Source: Piromyces finnis finn
Taxonomy: Eukaryota; Fungi; Neocallimastigomycota
Direction of reading: 5' to 3'
DNA length: 34,954 nucleotides
Assembly (NCBI GenBank): GCA_002104945.1
Contig: MCFH01000126.1
Span: forward strand, 1 to 34,954
Shown piece by piece: positions 12,701-26,224 of this stretch. The position numbers were made by a program, and so were the translations under genes. Position 1 is the first letter of the stretch, and the number at the start of each line of letters is the position of its first letter. Below the pieces are notes generated by a model. It ran no database searches, was not told the origin of the DNA, and worked only from the letters and a program-made list of their open reading frames with translations.

Positions 12701-15534
12701 TTTTATCAATAATTGCAGAAGCGATAATAGTTATGACAATGATAATAATAACAATAGAAATAAAAATATAAATATAAGTAATAATAATATTAAAGATAAT
12801 AATAATAGTAATAATCAATAATGTTAAAAGTAATATATTAATTAAAGTTATGATATCAATTCTATATATTTTATTTAAAAAATGGTCAATATTCAGAAAA
12901 TTTAAAGGAAAAATAGTTAATGTTAAAGAAATAATAAAAAGAGATGGCTAAGGTCAAGATAAATGATGATAATAATAATTTTGAAAATAAGAAATAGAAA
13001 ATGTTTCATTATACAATATATTAACATTTTTTTATTATTAATATATACAAATTAATTTTAAATTATAATCATTTATCATGACATTTAAAACAAATTTTAT
13101 TATAATAATTAAGTATGAAAAAACAAAAATTTTTATTAAATTACATTTAAGTTTCATGGCTTTAATATATACGATTTACATGCTATTGAAAATAAAAAAA
13201 AAAATAAAAATTAGATGTTAAAGTTGCTAATTTAGATAATTATTTTTTCCCAAATTATTTTACATATATTATGAATAGGGCAAATCAAAATATTTAACTA
13301 TTACAAAAATAATGTCTCTTATTTTTTAATATCCATAATAATCATTATATTTTAATATATTTTTTATAATTTATTAAATATTAACTTACATAATATACAT
13401 AATATTAATATGCTTTTGTATAATTATTTAAAGATTTTTTATTTTTTTTAGCAAAATATTTTAATAATAAATATATCAAGAAGAAGAAGGAAATCAAATG
13501 AAATATTTATATACTAAATTATTTTCAGTCACTTATTAAGAGTTAAAAATTTTAAATTCATTGTTTGAATTTCTTATTAGGTTATGTATTATATTATTGA
13601 TTACGTTCCTTCGTTCCTTCTTGGTGGAACTTTCGCTTATGATATACTATAAATCAATAAGGTGGAACAAAGATATTTAAGTGAACAGCTTTACAGTTCA
13701 TCGGGGTTTCATGTTTCATATGTAGAGAGTTTCGCAGTTTTTTCTACTAAAACAATTCTTATCATTAATAGACCAATGAAACTACTTTTTGATAAGTTTA
13801 GTAAGAAACCTAACATAATCAAGAGCGCCGAAGTCTTTCCAATATTAATATTTCTTCGAATGAAAGCCTAAAGAACTCATAAGAGAGTTTAATGGATACC
13901 ATACTATAATACCTGATATTCTCTTTTTTTATTTCAATTAGTTTATTAGGTAGAGTCCATTTCCACATAGTAAAATTTAAAGAATTAATTGAACTTTTAT
14001 GCAATATTATTTTAAATTTTTATTTTTATATTTATATATATACTTTATTATTTTTATTTAATATTTATTATATTAATGTGTATTATTACTTAATGTAAAA
14101 TCACAAATTAAATAATAAATGCAAGAAGTATATTATCTTCCTAGTATTTGTATTGTATATTGTATATTCATTTCAAATAAATAAGTAACTAACTAACTAA
14201 CTAACTAAATAAATAAATAAATTTAAAATATATTTTAAAAAAATTAAAAAATTTAGGAGAGATAATAGAAAGATCAATTTATTATTCATAGCAATTAAAA
14301 ACAGATTTTATAAATGTTTTAAGTGATTTGTTGATTATATTAAAAGGATATCTTAAAAATAAATAATTCAAAAAAAAAAATGATATATATTTTATTTTAT
14401 ATTAATAAATCCGTATGATAATTATTTTTTAAAATAAAAATATAATAAAAAAGTAATAAAATGAAGTTTTTTATTCATGTTAACGTTCAAATATTAAAAA
14501 ACATTTTGATCTAATTTTTTTAATGATTGAATAATTAAATAAAAAAATGAAAAAAAAAAAAAGATAGCTAAAAATTAGTATACAATTTTAAATATTTAGG
14601 AATATTATTGGTTTTTATTGAATAATACTTTATTTAAATTGATAAAAATATAGTAATAAACATATTATTTTTATTTCGAGATCTTAATATATATAGTTTT
14701 TCTACTATCATTTTTTATTTTTCTTCTCAATAGTTGAATATAATATTTTTAGAGGTGGAATAAAATAAGAATAATATGTAAAGAAAACATAAATTAATAA
14801 ATTTATTATTTCAATGATATACACGTGACACAAAACAAGATTAGAGATGTAATTTACATTAAAAGAAAAATATAAATTCCTAGACTTTACCTTAAAAAAT
14901 AGTTAAAAAACTCATAAAGAATTAAAAATATATACATAATTTCCAGTTTTGAAATTAATAAATGATTTTTAAATTTAATTTTACATTTCATTTGAATATT
15001 TTCTTATAGTAAAGTTAAATATAAAGTTATAACAAAATAAAAATAAAAGTGAAATACTTTTTTATTTTAAAAAAAATTTTTCAAAAAATTTACATAATTA
15101 AATAATACTATATTTAAATTTAAAAATAATAATAAAAAAAGTTATTTAATATTAAAATATATTAAAATTATAAAAAATATTTTTTTAAACTATTTACAAA
15201 TTTGAATTATGATATAAATGAAAATTATATATAAATAAAATAATAAAAATAAGCTATAAAATTTTTAAATAATTTTAAAGACAAAGTATTCAAGTTATAT
15301 ATTTTAAAAGCAGTAAATTATATTAATAAATAATTTTTTAATCAGTTATGTTTTTTTTGGAAGTTTTATTTTTATTTATTAATCTTATTTTAAATTCTTT
15401 ATTTCAATTTTTTTAATTACTACATTAAATATATTTTGAAAAATAAATTTAATATAAATATATCTTTTTATTTAAAATTTACTATCATATATAAATTATA
15501 AATAAAAATAATTAACATTTTATAATGAGCTTAC

Positions 15535-17376
15535 TTAAAGACAATGACCATAGTTTTTTTGACAACCCACGCCACAATGATCATTTGTTTTTCCACAAAT
15601 TCCTTCATAAGAACAACAATATCCTGAATGGCAATTTCCATAATTAAATCCACACAAGTTATTTTTAGAATTGCTTGTTATAATATTACATTTACCATAC
15701 TCAACTTGACATCCATTGCTGGTTTTGCATAAATCGTTACTATGATTATAACATTTTCCATTTGCACCACAACATTGATTGTTTTCACAAGATTGATTTC
15801 CCGAATTAATTCCACATCCGTAATAAATATAGTCTTTTGAATATACAACATGCTTTCCATTATTAATGAATAAATTAGGTCCTTCTTTAATTCCATTAAT
15901 AATATTCTTTAAACCCAATTTATTCAAATAATTTAGAACAGTCGTATAATTAAATTTTACATCATTATTCTCACTCATAATTGTTGCAATCACACCTGCT
16001 ACAATTGGTACTGAAAAGGATGTACCTCTATTGACTATTGTTCTACATTTATTATTAACATTACAATAATCATATTTAACATAATATGGCGCATAAATAT
16101 TTACAAATTCTCCATAATTTGAGTTCTTTGCTTTTCTATAATATTTATTATTCATAATATTAGTAGAGGCCTCGCTCATCGAAATGTCATATTTATGGTC
16201 ACCACCAACATTATCAATCCCACCTACACAAATTACATTTTTATAGAAGCATGGATATTTTACTAAGTTTTTTTCTTTATCATAAACATTTACTCCTTCA
16301 TTTCCTGCGGAAACAACTGTAATTATGCTCTTGCTTGAAAACCTTCCAATAAATTCTTCAATATATTTAAATATATTTAATAGAATTACTTTGTTTTCCA
16401 TTTAATTCGTAGTTACCTCCAAAAGTCATAATAATAATACCTTTATTATTTCTACATATTGATAAAATGTATCTAAGAGATTCAATAATATTAACGTCAT
16501 TGATTTTATTAATTAAAATCCCATATATATTGGATAAACTAGCAACCCCATGATTTAGTCCAGCCACTACTGAAGCAACTCCTACAGCATGATTATTTTG
16601 ATTTAATGAAGAAAAACAAAATTTCGAAGATTTTGTTATTTTTCTATCGCCGTCTGTAATGTTTATTGCACATTTTACAATGCGTTTTTCTATATTTGAA
16701 AAATCTTTAGTTCTAAAATCGAAACTTGTATCTAATATGAAAATGTCAATGCCTTCTCCTGATGATTCAGGATAATAATAGTTTGTATCATATTTATTTA
16801 TTAATTTTTCATTAAACATGCCTTGAGATATTAATGATAAATGTAAATCTGTATTCTTTTTTATACTAATATTATTCCATCGTGTTTCTAATAAAATGTC
16901 AGATTTGCTATAATATGAATGCGACTGATATTCCATATTCCTTTCACAACTAATTACGAAAGGAAATGATTTTATAATGTCAACTAAATTATTAAAAAGA
17001 TAAGCAAAGAATACTGATGTTTCACCTAGAGTTGCTTTCCATAAGTTGAATATTCATTAATATTTATACTGTTTTCTCTTTTTTTTAATGAGTGTAGTTT
17101 AGATATTTTTTCTAATTTTTCTTGGTTTTTATATGTATTTGATTTTTTTTCTATCAAGCAATCAAGAGTATTCATGAATTCCTCAATGAATTCATTATGC
17201 TCTTGTTGCTTGTTAAAATACTTATTTGAATGACTATTACCTAAATATGTATTATTAACATAAATTAAATAATAATCGTCTTCTTTATATTCGGTAATTT
17301 CATTGCTACAAAATATAAATTTGTAGAATAATATTAATACAATATTAATAACTATTAATTTCAAATTAACAAGCAT
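15535..17376 (-). pseudogene. Secreted S8 subtilase plus two CBM18 domains, right-arm copy, probably pseudogenised
   Basis: Three consecutive ORFs (17026-17376, 16367-16936, 15535-16401) rebuild signal-prodomain-S8-CBM18x2. A 10-bp tandem duplication (atatatttaa x2, 16361-16380) causes a frameshift and stop between catalytic His and Ser. Motifs are degraded: HAV instead of HG(T), GTSFSVP instead of GTSFSAP. Confidence 0.88.
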
Positions 17377-17654
17377 TCCTTTATTATTTTAAAGGAGGAA
17401 AGATATTATTTTATGCTATAATCTAATATTTTTATAACTTTTATTATATAATAAATTTAATGTAAATTAAACCTTTCATTATATAATAAATTCTAGATTT
17501 GTACATTAAAGTAAATTGATGGCTAAAATATAATTATATATTAATTATATTAATATAAATAAATATTTATATTTTGTTTTAAATATTATAGAAAGCATAA
17601 AAATTCAAATTACGGAAAAGGTGTAAATATATTATTTATAAAATATTTAATCCA

Positions 17655-18725
17655 ATGGTTTTATTTCCAAATATTAATAAATTAAAAGATTTAATTTGAC
17701 CATATATATATAATGAATATATAGAAGATGAGAATGGAAATTACCCAGGTATAATAAATCATTCAAATTGGGATTTATACTCTTATGAATTATGGGATGC
17801 TAATTCAGAATTTACTACAGTTAATAATCCACAATGGAATATATCTTCTGAATAAAATATTGGATTCTCAAAAATATAAATTTTTATGTTCATATTATAA
17901 AATGGAATGTGATAATAAATATATTAATGAAATATATACTTATACTATTAATAAGAATGTTGAATATAAAGGAAATTATAATCGTTCAGACGTTGCTATT
18001 GAATATGAAAATTATATAGAAGATAAAAGATGTGGAGCACAATATTGTAATATTAAATGTAACTATAATAAATGTTGTAGTAAATATGGATATTATGGGG
18101 AAAGTAAAAAATACTCTGACAGTGATAATGGATGCCAATTTGAATTTGGTAATTGTATTCAATATAACAATAAAAATAATAATTTAATTATTTCAATACC
18201 ATTTAGTATTAAAGAAAGTTTAAATAAAACTTTAATTTATTACAAAAATATTACCGAGATATTAGCCATAACAGAAATTAGTATTACAACTAAAATTAAA
18301 TATAGCAAATATTATAATGAATGTTTGGGTGAAAATTATTATTTTGGAGTTAATGAATTAAAAAATTTTAATTTAATTAAGGCAAAATATTGTGGAAATA
18401 ATAAATCACTCAGTAAATATATTAATTGTTTAATAAAAAATGAAAACAATCCTTTATATATATGTATTTAGTAAATAATAATGGAAGTTCATCTGACTAT
18501 TGTTTAAATATTAGTAAAGAAAGAAGTAATAAATCATATTATTTAACTATAAATAAATGTTCCAAAACTAATTATATTTTTAAATTGATGGAATCATTTA
18601 ATAATTATGAAAATAAAAAAGTAGAGAATTCACCAAATATTATTGTTTATAAAAAAAATAACAAATTGTTAACCAGTAATAATGGCATTGCATACCATAT
18701 TATCTTTATTACTCAGATATATTAA
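17655..18725 (+). pseudogene. Pseudogene: N-terminal region of unknown fold, degenerate CBM18 and ricin-B-like lectin, right-arm copy
   Basis: In-frame TGA at 17697-17699 and frameshifts near 17845 and 18460. CBM18 RCGAQYCNIKCNYNKCCSKYGYYGESKKYSDSDNGCQFEFGNC has lost two conserved Cys. Ricin-like YCL...INKC. The 5' end abuts the divergent subtilase promoter and looks truncated. Confidence 0.75.
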
Positions 18726-18832
18726 AAATAAAAGAATATAAAAACCCTAATTCATACAAAAATTATAAATAGAATAGAACAAAAAATAAAAATTATATTG
18801 AAACTCTAACAACAACAGAGTATAAAGCTATT

Positions 18833-18900
18833 ATTAATTATATAACAACAAATAATATAATTTCAACCACAATTATATTATTTGTTGTTATATAATTAAT
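18833..18900. repeat. Perfect 30-bp inverted repeat with 8-nt loop, right arm only
   Basis: attaattatataacaacaaataatataatt (18833-18862), loop tcaaccac, then its exact reverse complement (18871-18900). Confidence 0.95.
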
Positions 18901-19752
18901 TTCAACCACAATTAAAGTAGAAAATTATTAAAAAAAGTTAAATAAAATTCAAATAATTTATATATATATTAAATAATTCATTAATTTTTTTATTTCAATA
19001 TTTCAATATATATATTAATTTAATTTATTTTAAATAATTTTTTAAATTTTAAAAAATTATTTAATAAATTTGAATTATATTCTATATTATTTATGGAAAT
19101 TGTAATAAAAATTAAAATTAAAATTATATTTAATATTTAATAATTTAATAAATAAAATGTAAAAAGTATATATTTATTTATTTATTTATATCTACTTATT
19201 ATAGTCTATTGTAAAAAATGTTATATTTTTAATATTTAATTATTATTTATTTATATAAAAATTGAAAAAAAATATATACACTCTCATTATATCATTTTAT
19301 ATTTACATTAAATGTATGGTTTATATATTAAATTTAACTAGAGTATGTTATAATATATTTAATTGTATTTGATTATAAATGTTTATAAATATATGTATCA
19401 TGTATAGGATACTAATAAAATATTATATAATTAATAAATTCAACATAAAGTAAAAACCTAATTAAATAAAAAAGTTTTATTACATTATTTACTAAATATT
19501 TTTTATATATTTTCTGTATAACATAATAATATTTTATTATTACAAAAAATTAGTTTATATTTTGAAATTATTTTCATTAAAAATCATTAAATAGAATTTA
19601 ATTCATATTTATAAATTAAAATTAACAATAAAGAAATATCATAACGTAAATTATTTGAATATACTCTTTTTAAGCTATTAACATTTTATATTCTATGCTT
19701 TTATATATTAAATCTTATTATCATAATTATAATTTAAATTTTATAAATAAAA

Positions 19753-19989
19753 TATAACAATTAATTTTGAATTAACAAGCATATTTTTTTATTATTTTTT
19801 TAAAAAAAAGCTATTATTTAATGATATAAACTAATATTTTTATAATATAACTATTGTTAAATAATAAATTTAATGTATATTAAACTTTTCATTATATAAT
19901 AAATTCTAGAATTGTACATTAAAATAAATTGACGGCTAAAATATAAATATACATTAATTATATTAATATAAATAAATATTTATATTTTG
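19753..19989 (-). promoter_or_regulatory. Mirror copy of the orphan subtilase promoter/start remnant
   Basis: Reverse complement of 781-1013, with the minus-strand ATG at 19782. Confidence 0.8.
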
Positions 19990-22467
19990 TAATTTACATT
20001 TAATAATTTGTTTAGAATTTTAATATAATTGAAAGTAAAACTTGCATATTGAAACTATTTAATATATAGGATTAATGTTTATGATACTACACTTATAAAT
20101 TTTATAATATTTTAAATGTGATTTTAATCTTTTATAAAATCGAAATCGCTAAATATATTTTTTAATTATTATATAAATATTATAATTATAAAGAAATTTA
20201 ATTGTGTAACAATTTAAATAAATTAATTACATGCCGTCTAAATATTAAGAATAAATTAAATATAATATATTATTTATAATATCCAAATTAATTATTTAAG
20301 TTTTATTGTTTAAATAATATGAAATTCTCTATATAATAATTATATTTATATATAAAATATATAATACATATTATTTAATAATTAATATATAAATATTATA
20401 TAAATAATATACAATGAAAATAATAATAAATTTTTTATTATAAATGAACTTAATAAATATATTAAAAATATGGAATTCTATTGTTTATTATAAATATTAA
20501 TATATAATAAAACAATATTCAATTAAAGTTCTTTATTTAAAATAATAGTGTTTCATAATAAAGCATAAATGATTAATATTCTTTAAAAACATTTTAAAAA
20601 ATAAATTTTAAAAATTTAAGTAGTTCTAAATTGAACAATTTATTGAAAAATACATGTTAATTTATATACAATAATAATCTGTTACTTTTAATCGGATTTA
20701 GAGAATGTCTTATATATTATATATATATAAATTATTAAAATAAATTCTAATCTTCTATGAATGTGATAATTTCTTTTATGGAGTCCTATATTCTTAGTAA
20801 GTAACATATCATTTATTTTTACTAATCTACTAAAATATGACTATATACGATTATATTATTAAATAATGTTTTTATAACAATTTATATTATATCAAATTTT
20901 ATATCTAAAAAAAAATACAAATAGAATAAAAATAGTTAAAAAAATAAAGATATACAGTTGAAAATATATCTTGAGATTAAAAACCCTTTATATTCATTTT
21001 TATTATTACTATTAATAACAAAAAATTAATTTAATTTTAATTAAAAATTTACATTATTATAGAAACTTAATAATTTATGTATTAATTCACTTATATTGAA
21101 ACATTTAGTATAATAGAATCAAGCTACAAATTGTATATAATAAAGAAATTCTTCATGTATATTAAATTTTAATTAATATTATATATTGATAATTATAATA
21201 TGTTAATAAAATTTATATAAAATAAAGTTTATATAATATTTTTAAAGGAAACATTATTTAATGAAAAAATATAATATATTTTTACTCTTTAAGTAATTGA
21301 CTAATTAATATTGTTTTAAAAAGAGAAGTTATATTAAGTCATTTATTTTACAAATAATTAAAAAATATATATAAATTATCTTAGTTTTTATATAATATTT
21401 TTATTTATTAATTATTAATAGTATTAATTACACAAAAGTTTTAATGAAATTTTTATAGAATTTTGTTTACATACATTTTATATATAAATATAGTATTGCT
21501 TAATATATTTATAAATGCATTTTTCTATAATACATAATAAACTTTATTTTATAATTATATATATGAATGAAACACTACTTAAAATAATTTATATTTTTAA
21601 TTAAAATTACATATATACTAATTATAATTTTTTTTAAATAACAAGTTCATTTCTTTATTTTTATAATAATTTTAAAGTATTAAAGAAATGTTGACTATTT
21701 TTAAATGCTTCCAGAAGATAGTTATGTTCCCCTGATATTTAATATTGGATAATAATAGATCTAGAGGCTCCATGTATATAATTAATAGTTGCTACCATTT
21801 TATTTATACATTAAGCTTTGCCACATATATTCATATAACATATAAACTGCCTCTATATTCCCCTTATTAAAAAGAAATATATATAATTTAAATTCAATTA
21901 TAATATTAAAATTCTCACTTAAAATATTGAGAGAGTAACAAAGTGTTAATAATACAATTTATAATTTGAATTTAATATATGATTAATTTAATATAATTAT
22001 AATTAAATACTATATTTAGTATTATATATTTAATATTTTAATAAAATTTAAATAAATTTAATATGTTATAAAACTTTTATCTTTACATATTATTATTATT
22101 ATAAAAAATAGGGTTTAGATTTTATTAAAACCATAAATCTTAATAATCATAATTTATTTTTAAATTATGATTATTGGTTTAAATATATTAGATATATTAA
22201 AATTTATATTTTACTATAATAGTATTTATATTTGTTAATTTTAATTAATATCGAATCATATATATTTTATTTTTTAATTATTATATTTAAGCTTTATAAA
22301 ATAAAAAAAATAATTAGTAATAAAACCAAAATTTTGTAAAATTAGTAATTTTTAAAAATTTTTATATATATTTGTGAAATTATTATTATTTCTTTAAATA
22401 AAAATATTGAAATCATATTAAATAAAGTAGTGAAATAAAAATATATAATCATAATATTTTAAATATA

Positions 22468-23190
22468 ATGAATTTAAAAGAATTACTAAATATTATTAAT
22501 GTTTTACAGATTATATACTATATTATTGTTGCAATTATTGTTATAGGAATTTTAACTATAATAATAATCTATATAACTAATAAAAGAAAAAACATTTTTA
22601 ACAAAAATATAAATAATTTAAAAGAAAAAAGGAACGAAAATAATGATAAAAACAAATATGTTAACAATGTTAATAATTTAAAACTATGCGTTTCAAAAGA
22701 AAATAAAATAAATAATGAAAAGGATAATAATAGTAATAACAGTAATAAAATTTTAACTAATATTAATACCAATATATCATCAAATTTAAATTCGAATAAA
22801 AATAGTAGTAGAAAAGAGATATACTTAAAAAAAAGTTTTAATAATAATAATACATTATTACCTAATGAACCACCAAATTTAATTATAAGTATGCCTAGTG
22901 CACCTTCAGAGAACATTATTTATAGACCTTGTGCACCATCGGAAAACATTATTAATAAACCTTGCACCCCTTCAGGAATAATTGTAAATAGTAAAAATGG
23001 ATGTTTTGAAACTACTAATAATGTATCTAACGTTCAATATATAATGAATGATAATATATATAGTTCAAAGTCTAAAATAATAGAAAGAAATTCAATAATT
23101 CGTAAAGAAAACGATTTAAATAATATTTGTGCGCCTCTTTCTCCAATTAATATATCATTTATAGAAACATCTTTTTTCCAATCAATATAA
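22468..23190 (+). CDS. Single-pass membrane protein (N-terminal TM, KRK stop-transfer, Asn-rich tail with three 11-aa P-x-A/T-P-S repeats); function unknown
   Basis: 240-codon ATG ORF, far longer than expected by chance at this AT content. Hydrophobic IIYYIIVAIIVIGILTIIIIYI followed by KRK. 33-bp tandem units at 22894, 22927 and 22960. Confidence 0.75.
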   Translation: MNLKELLNIINVLQIIYYIIVAIIVIGILTIIIIYITNKRKNIFNKNINNLKEKRNENNDKNKYVNNVNNLKLCVSKENKINNEKDNNSNNSNKILTNINTNISSNLNSNKNSSRKEIYLKKSFNNNNTLLPNEPPNLIISMPSAPSENIIYRPCAPSENIINKPCTPSGIIVNSKNGCFETTNNVSNVQYIMNDNIYSSKSKIIERNSIIRKENDLNNICAPLSPINISFIETSFFQSI

Positions 23191-23940
23191 TCCAACAATT
23201 CATAAAATTTTAAATATCACAAGTTTAAAGTGTAATATATAAATTTTAAAGCACTCGATTGTGAGGTAAAATTTTAAAATATATGAAATTTATTTATCTA
23301 TATAATTAATTTTTAAATATTTATTATGATTTTTAATAATAATTATTAATATTTTTATTCAAATATACTACTAATTTTTTGAAATAAAAAATAAAATTAT
23401 TATTTAGCATTTATAAATAAAATATAAGTAATGCTAGTTTCAAAAAAATAATAAACTCTAATTTAAAATTAAAAATATTAAAAAGTTAATTATATAGGTA
23501 GTTTATGAAGAATAAAATTAATAAAAACTAAATAAAAAATAAAATAACTAATGAAACTATATTAAGACAAATATATAATAAAAATTAATTTTGTTCAAGA
23601 AAATACCTTATTATTTTACATATAAGAAAATCATTAATTATAATTATATGTATATATGAAATGAATAAAATAAAAGAAATTTAAATGAAATTTTGCTAAA
23701 AATATTGATGTATATTTAATTATTTGTTATTAATTATTATATAATTTATTTATTCTTTTATTTATTTTTAATATTTTTTGAAGAAAGAATCTAATATTTA
23801 TAACTATTTATATAATATAATAAAATAAAATAATATATATATATTATTTATATCATTTAAAAAAAAATTATATAAATTTTAAAAATAAATAGGAAATTCT
23901 AATTTAAAAATTTATGTAACTACGATTTTTATATATTAAA

Positions 23941-25026
23941 TTAAAAAACTATAAAATTAGAATTGTCTTTAGTAAATGAATAAAGAGTTCCATCTAAATT
24001 TCTTTTTACTAATAATAAATGAGGTTTATTAATGTTATCCGGATATATTATTTCCAATGACACTTTACAAGGGTAATAAATTTCATTTTCCCATACACCA
24101 TAAACTATGAATTTTTCATTATTTTCATGCAATACATTGTAATGAAAAGCGGATACGTTTTAATCATTTTACATAGAAATGAAAATGATGGCAGGGTAAT
24201 GTGAAATTCTTCTGCATCCTTTATTATTGGTATTTTAGGTATTACTTCTGAATAATTGGAACTCAATAGATAAAATTTTTCATTTTTATATTCTTTTTCT
24301 GCTATTAAAATAGTAGTTGTTGCTGTATCATTATCTAAGACGTATTGCTTAATGCATTTATTTAGTTTGGTACTACCTGTAATAAAAATAGAATTTTTTT
24401 ATTCATAGAAAATATAGCCTGTTAAAGTCCATCATTAAAATTAAACCAATTATCTTTTGGGCCTACCACAAATTCAAATCGATAATTAGGAAATTTATAT
24501 AATTTAGAAGTGTTTAATATAACTATTAAAAAGAGAATGAAAGGATTAAAATTGAAAACGTGGTTAAAAACGCAATACGGATATACATTAATATCATTAA
24601 CAATAGAAAAAGAAACTATGTTAACATCATTTGAACTGTAATTTTTATTTAGTATTTTTAATTGGTTGTGATGAAGTAAGTCATTTATTTTATCCAAGTC
24701 TTTTTGACTTGAATCCTAATGTATATTTCTCATTTAGGACTGTGGTAAATTTACTAGATATTTCCGGGATTTCGAAATATATACGATATAAATGCAATAA
24801 CTAAAAGCATATAGAATATAAATAAATTTAAAGGGAATTGACTTTTACAATGTTCGTTTAGTTCATGGATTATTTTAAAGTAGGCAACTTCACTTTTTTC
24901 CTTATACTTTCTTATGACTTTAACACATTTAGGTATTACGTTATTATCCTTATATTTTTTATTTGTTGAAAGAATAATTTTATATCCCGAATTTTCCGAA
25001 GCTCTATAGTTATTGTTATTCCATTG
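23941..25026 (-). pseudogene. Fragmented minus-strand gene of unknown function (introns and/or frameshifts; start not identified)
   Basis: Chain of protein-like open segments: an ~90-codon start-less frame ~25026-24755 (NNYRASENSGYKIILSTNKKY...), ORF 24422-24697, GSTKLNKCIKQYVLDND...FLCKMIK after a ttacag acceptor-like site, then a 1-bp shift in an A-run to NVSAFHYNVLHENNEKFIVYGVWENEIYYPCKV..., stop at 23941. GC is coding-like. Confidence 0.55.
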
Positions 25027-26178
25027 AATTTACGGAATATTATTAAAATAACAAAATATATAGGTCTTGATGAAGCCAGTAGTGAAATCTACATATTTAA
25101 CGGAGAACCAGATCCTTCAAATTTCAACGGCGAACATTTAGACGAATCAGATTTTTTTATTCCTTTATGGAAAAAAGCAAAAGTTGCAAATGGAAATAAC
25201 ATAAATGATTATCAAGCCATTAGCGTTATTGAAAATGAATACGTTAAAAGTAGTACTGGAGAAAATATGTATATGAAAGCAGTAGGAAGAATGGGAATTA
25301 ACAATATACCCTTTAATAATGAAGTAATTGACACTGATAGTAACAAAGTGTATAATGATTTAAGCAGTTTAAGTAATAATGGACCCGGCTTAATAACTAC
25401 AAAAATAAAGAGTAATATTGAATTTTTCGATAAATATAATAAATCGGATTTAAAAAAAAGTGATTTTAATATTGTAACAGTCAATGATATAAATTCAAAA
25501 ATTATTGATTTGAATGATAAACTAGATGAAAATCTTCGTAAACTTAAAGACATAAATAATGATAATAAATTGAGTGATAAAGAAAAAAAGGAAAGAAGAA
25601 ATAATGTTTTGGAAGAAAAGAAATATTTATTGGAAAAACAAAAAGAATTTAATGACATTTTAAATGATTTACAAAAAAATTATAATACAAAGGATAATTT
25701 TTATCTTGATTTTGAATATGGTAAAAATATTAAAACTATTAAAGAAGACGTTGAAATGTTAGATGAAGGTATCGACAAATATGGTATTGAAAGTTATAAG
25801 CTAAATGATAAAAACGAAAGCAACAATAGTAATATTGAAAAGTACTTTGTTTTGGATATCAAAGAAGAAGCAGATTTCAAAAATAAAAAGAATTATGTTT
25901 TAAATTATTTAGTTAGCGGTGATGGAAAAAAATATGTATCAGTTGATAATAATTATTTTTATAATGCCAGAGTTAGCAACTTTAATCATAATTACTTTGA
26001 ATCGATTGATAGTCTTAATCCACAAGATCCATTCACAGATTATGAAAATACTTCTATTATGAATTCTATTAAAAATTCTGAATTCCAAGATGGTATGACT
26101 ATAGAAAAGTTTAAAGAAAAATTTAGCGATGAACTTCGTTCTAAAGAGACTTTTACAAAATTCAGACTAGTAAGAAAA

Positions 26179-26224
<46 letters not shown>

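Larger units (their letters stand above)
10294..20778 (-). repeat. Right arm of giant imperfect inverted repeat
   Basis: Reverse complement of 1-10293. About 190 bp longer than the left arm. Near-identical in the outer parts and heavily degenerate within ~300 bp of the axis. The match stops at 20778, which corresponds to window position 1. Confidence 0.97.

Noticed and set aside
3337-17376. RIP-like hypermutation between the arms
   Set aside because: Several differences are C>T/G>A, but reverse transitions and transversions also occur and no dinucleotide bias was evident by eye.
17760-17830. LYSYELWD resembles the GH11 xylanase N-terminal YELW motif
   Set aside because: No downstream GH11 catalytic motifs are recognisable and the match is too short.
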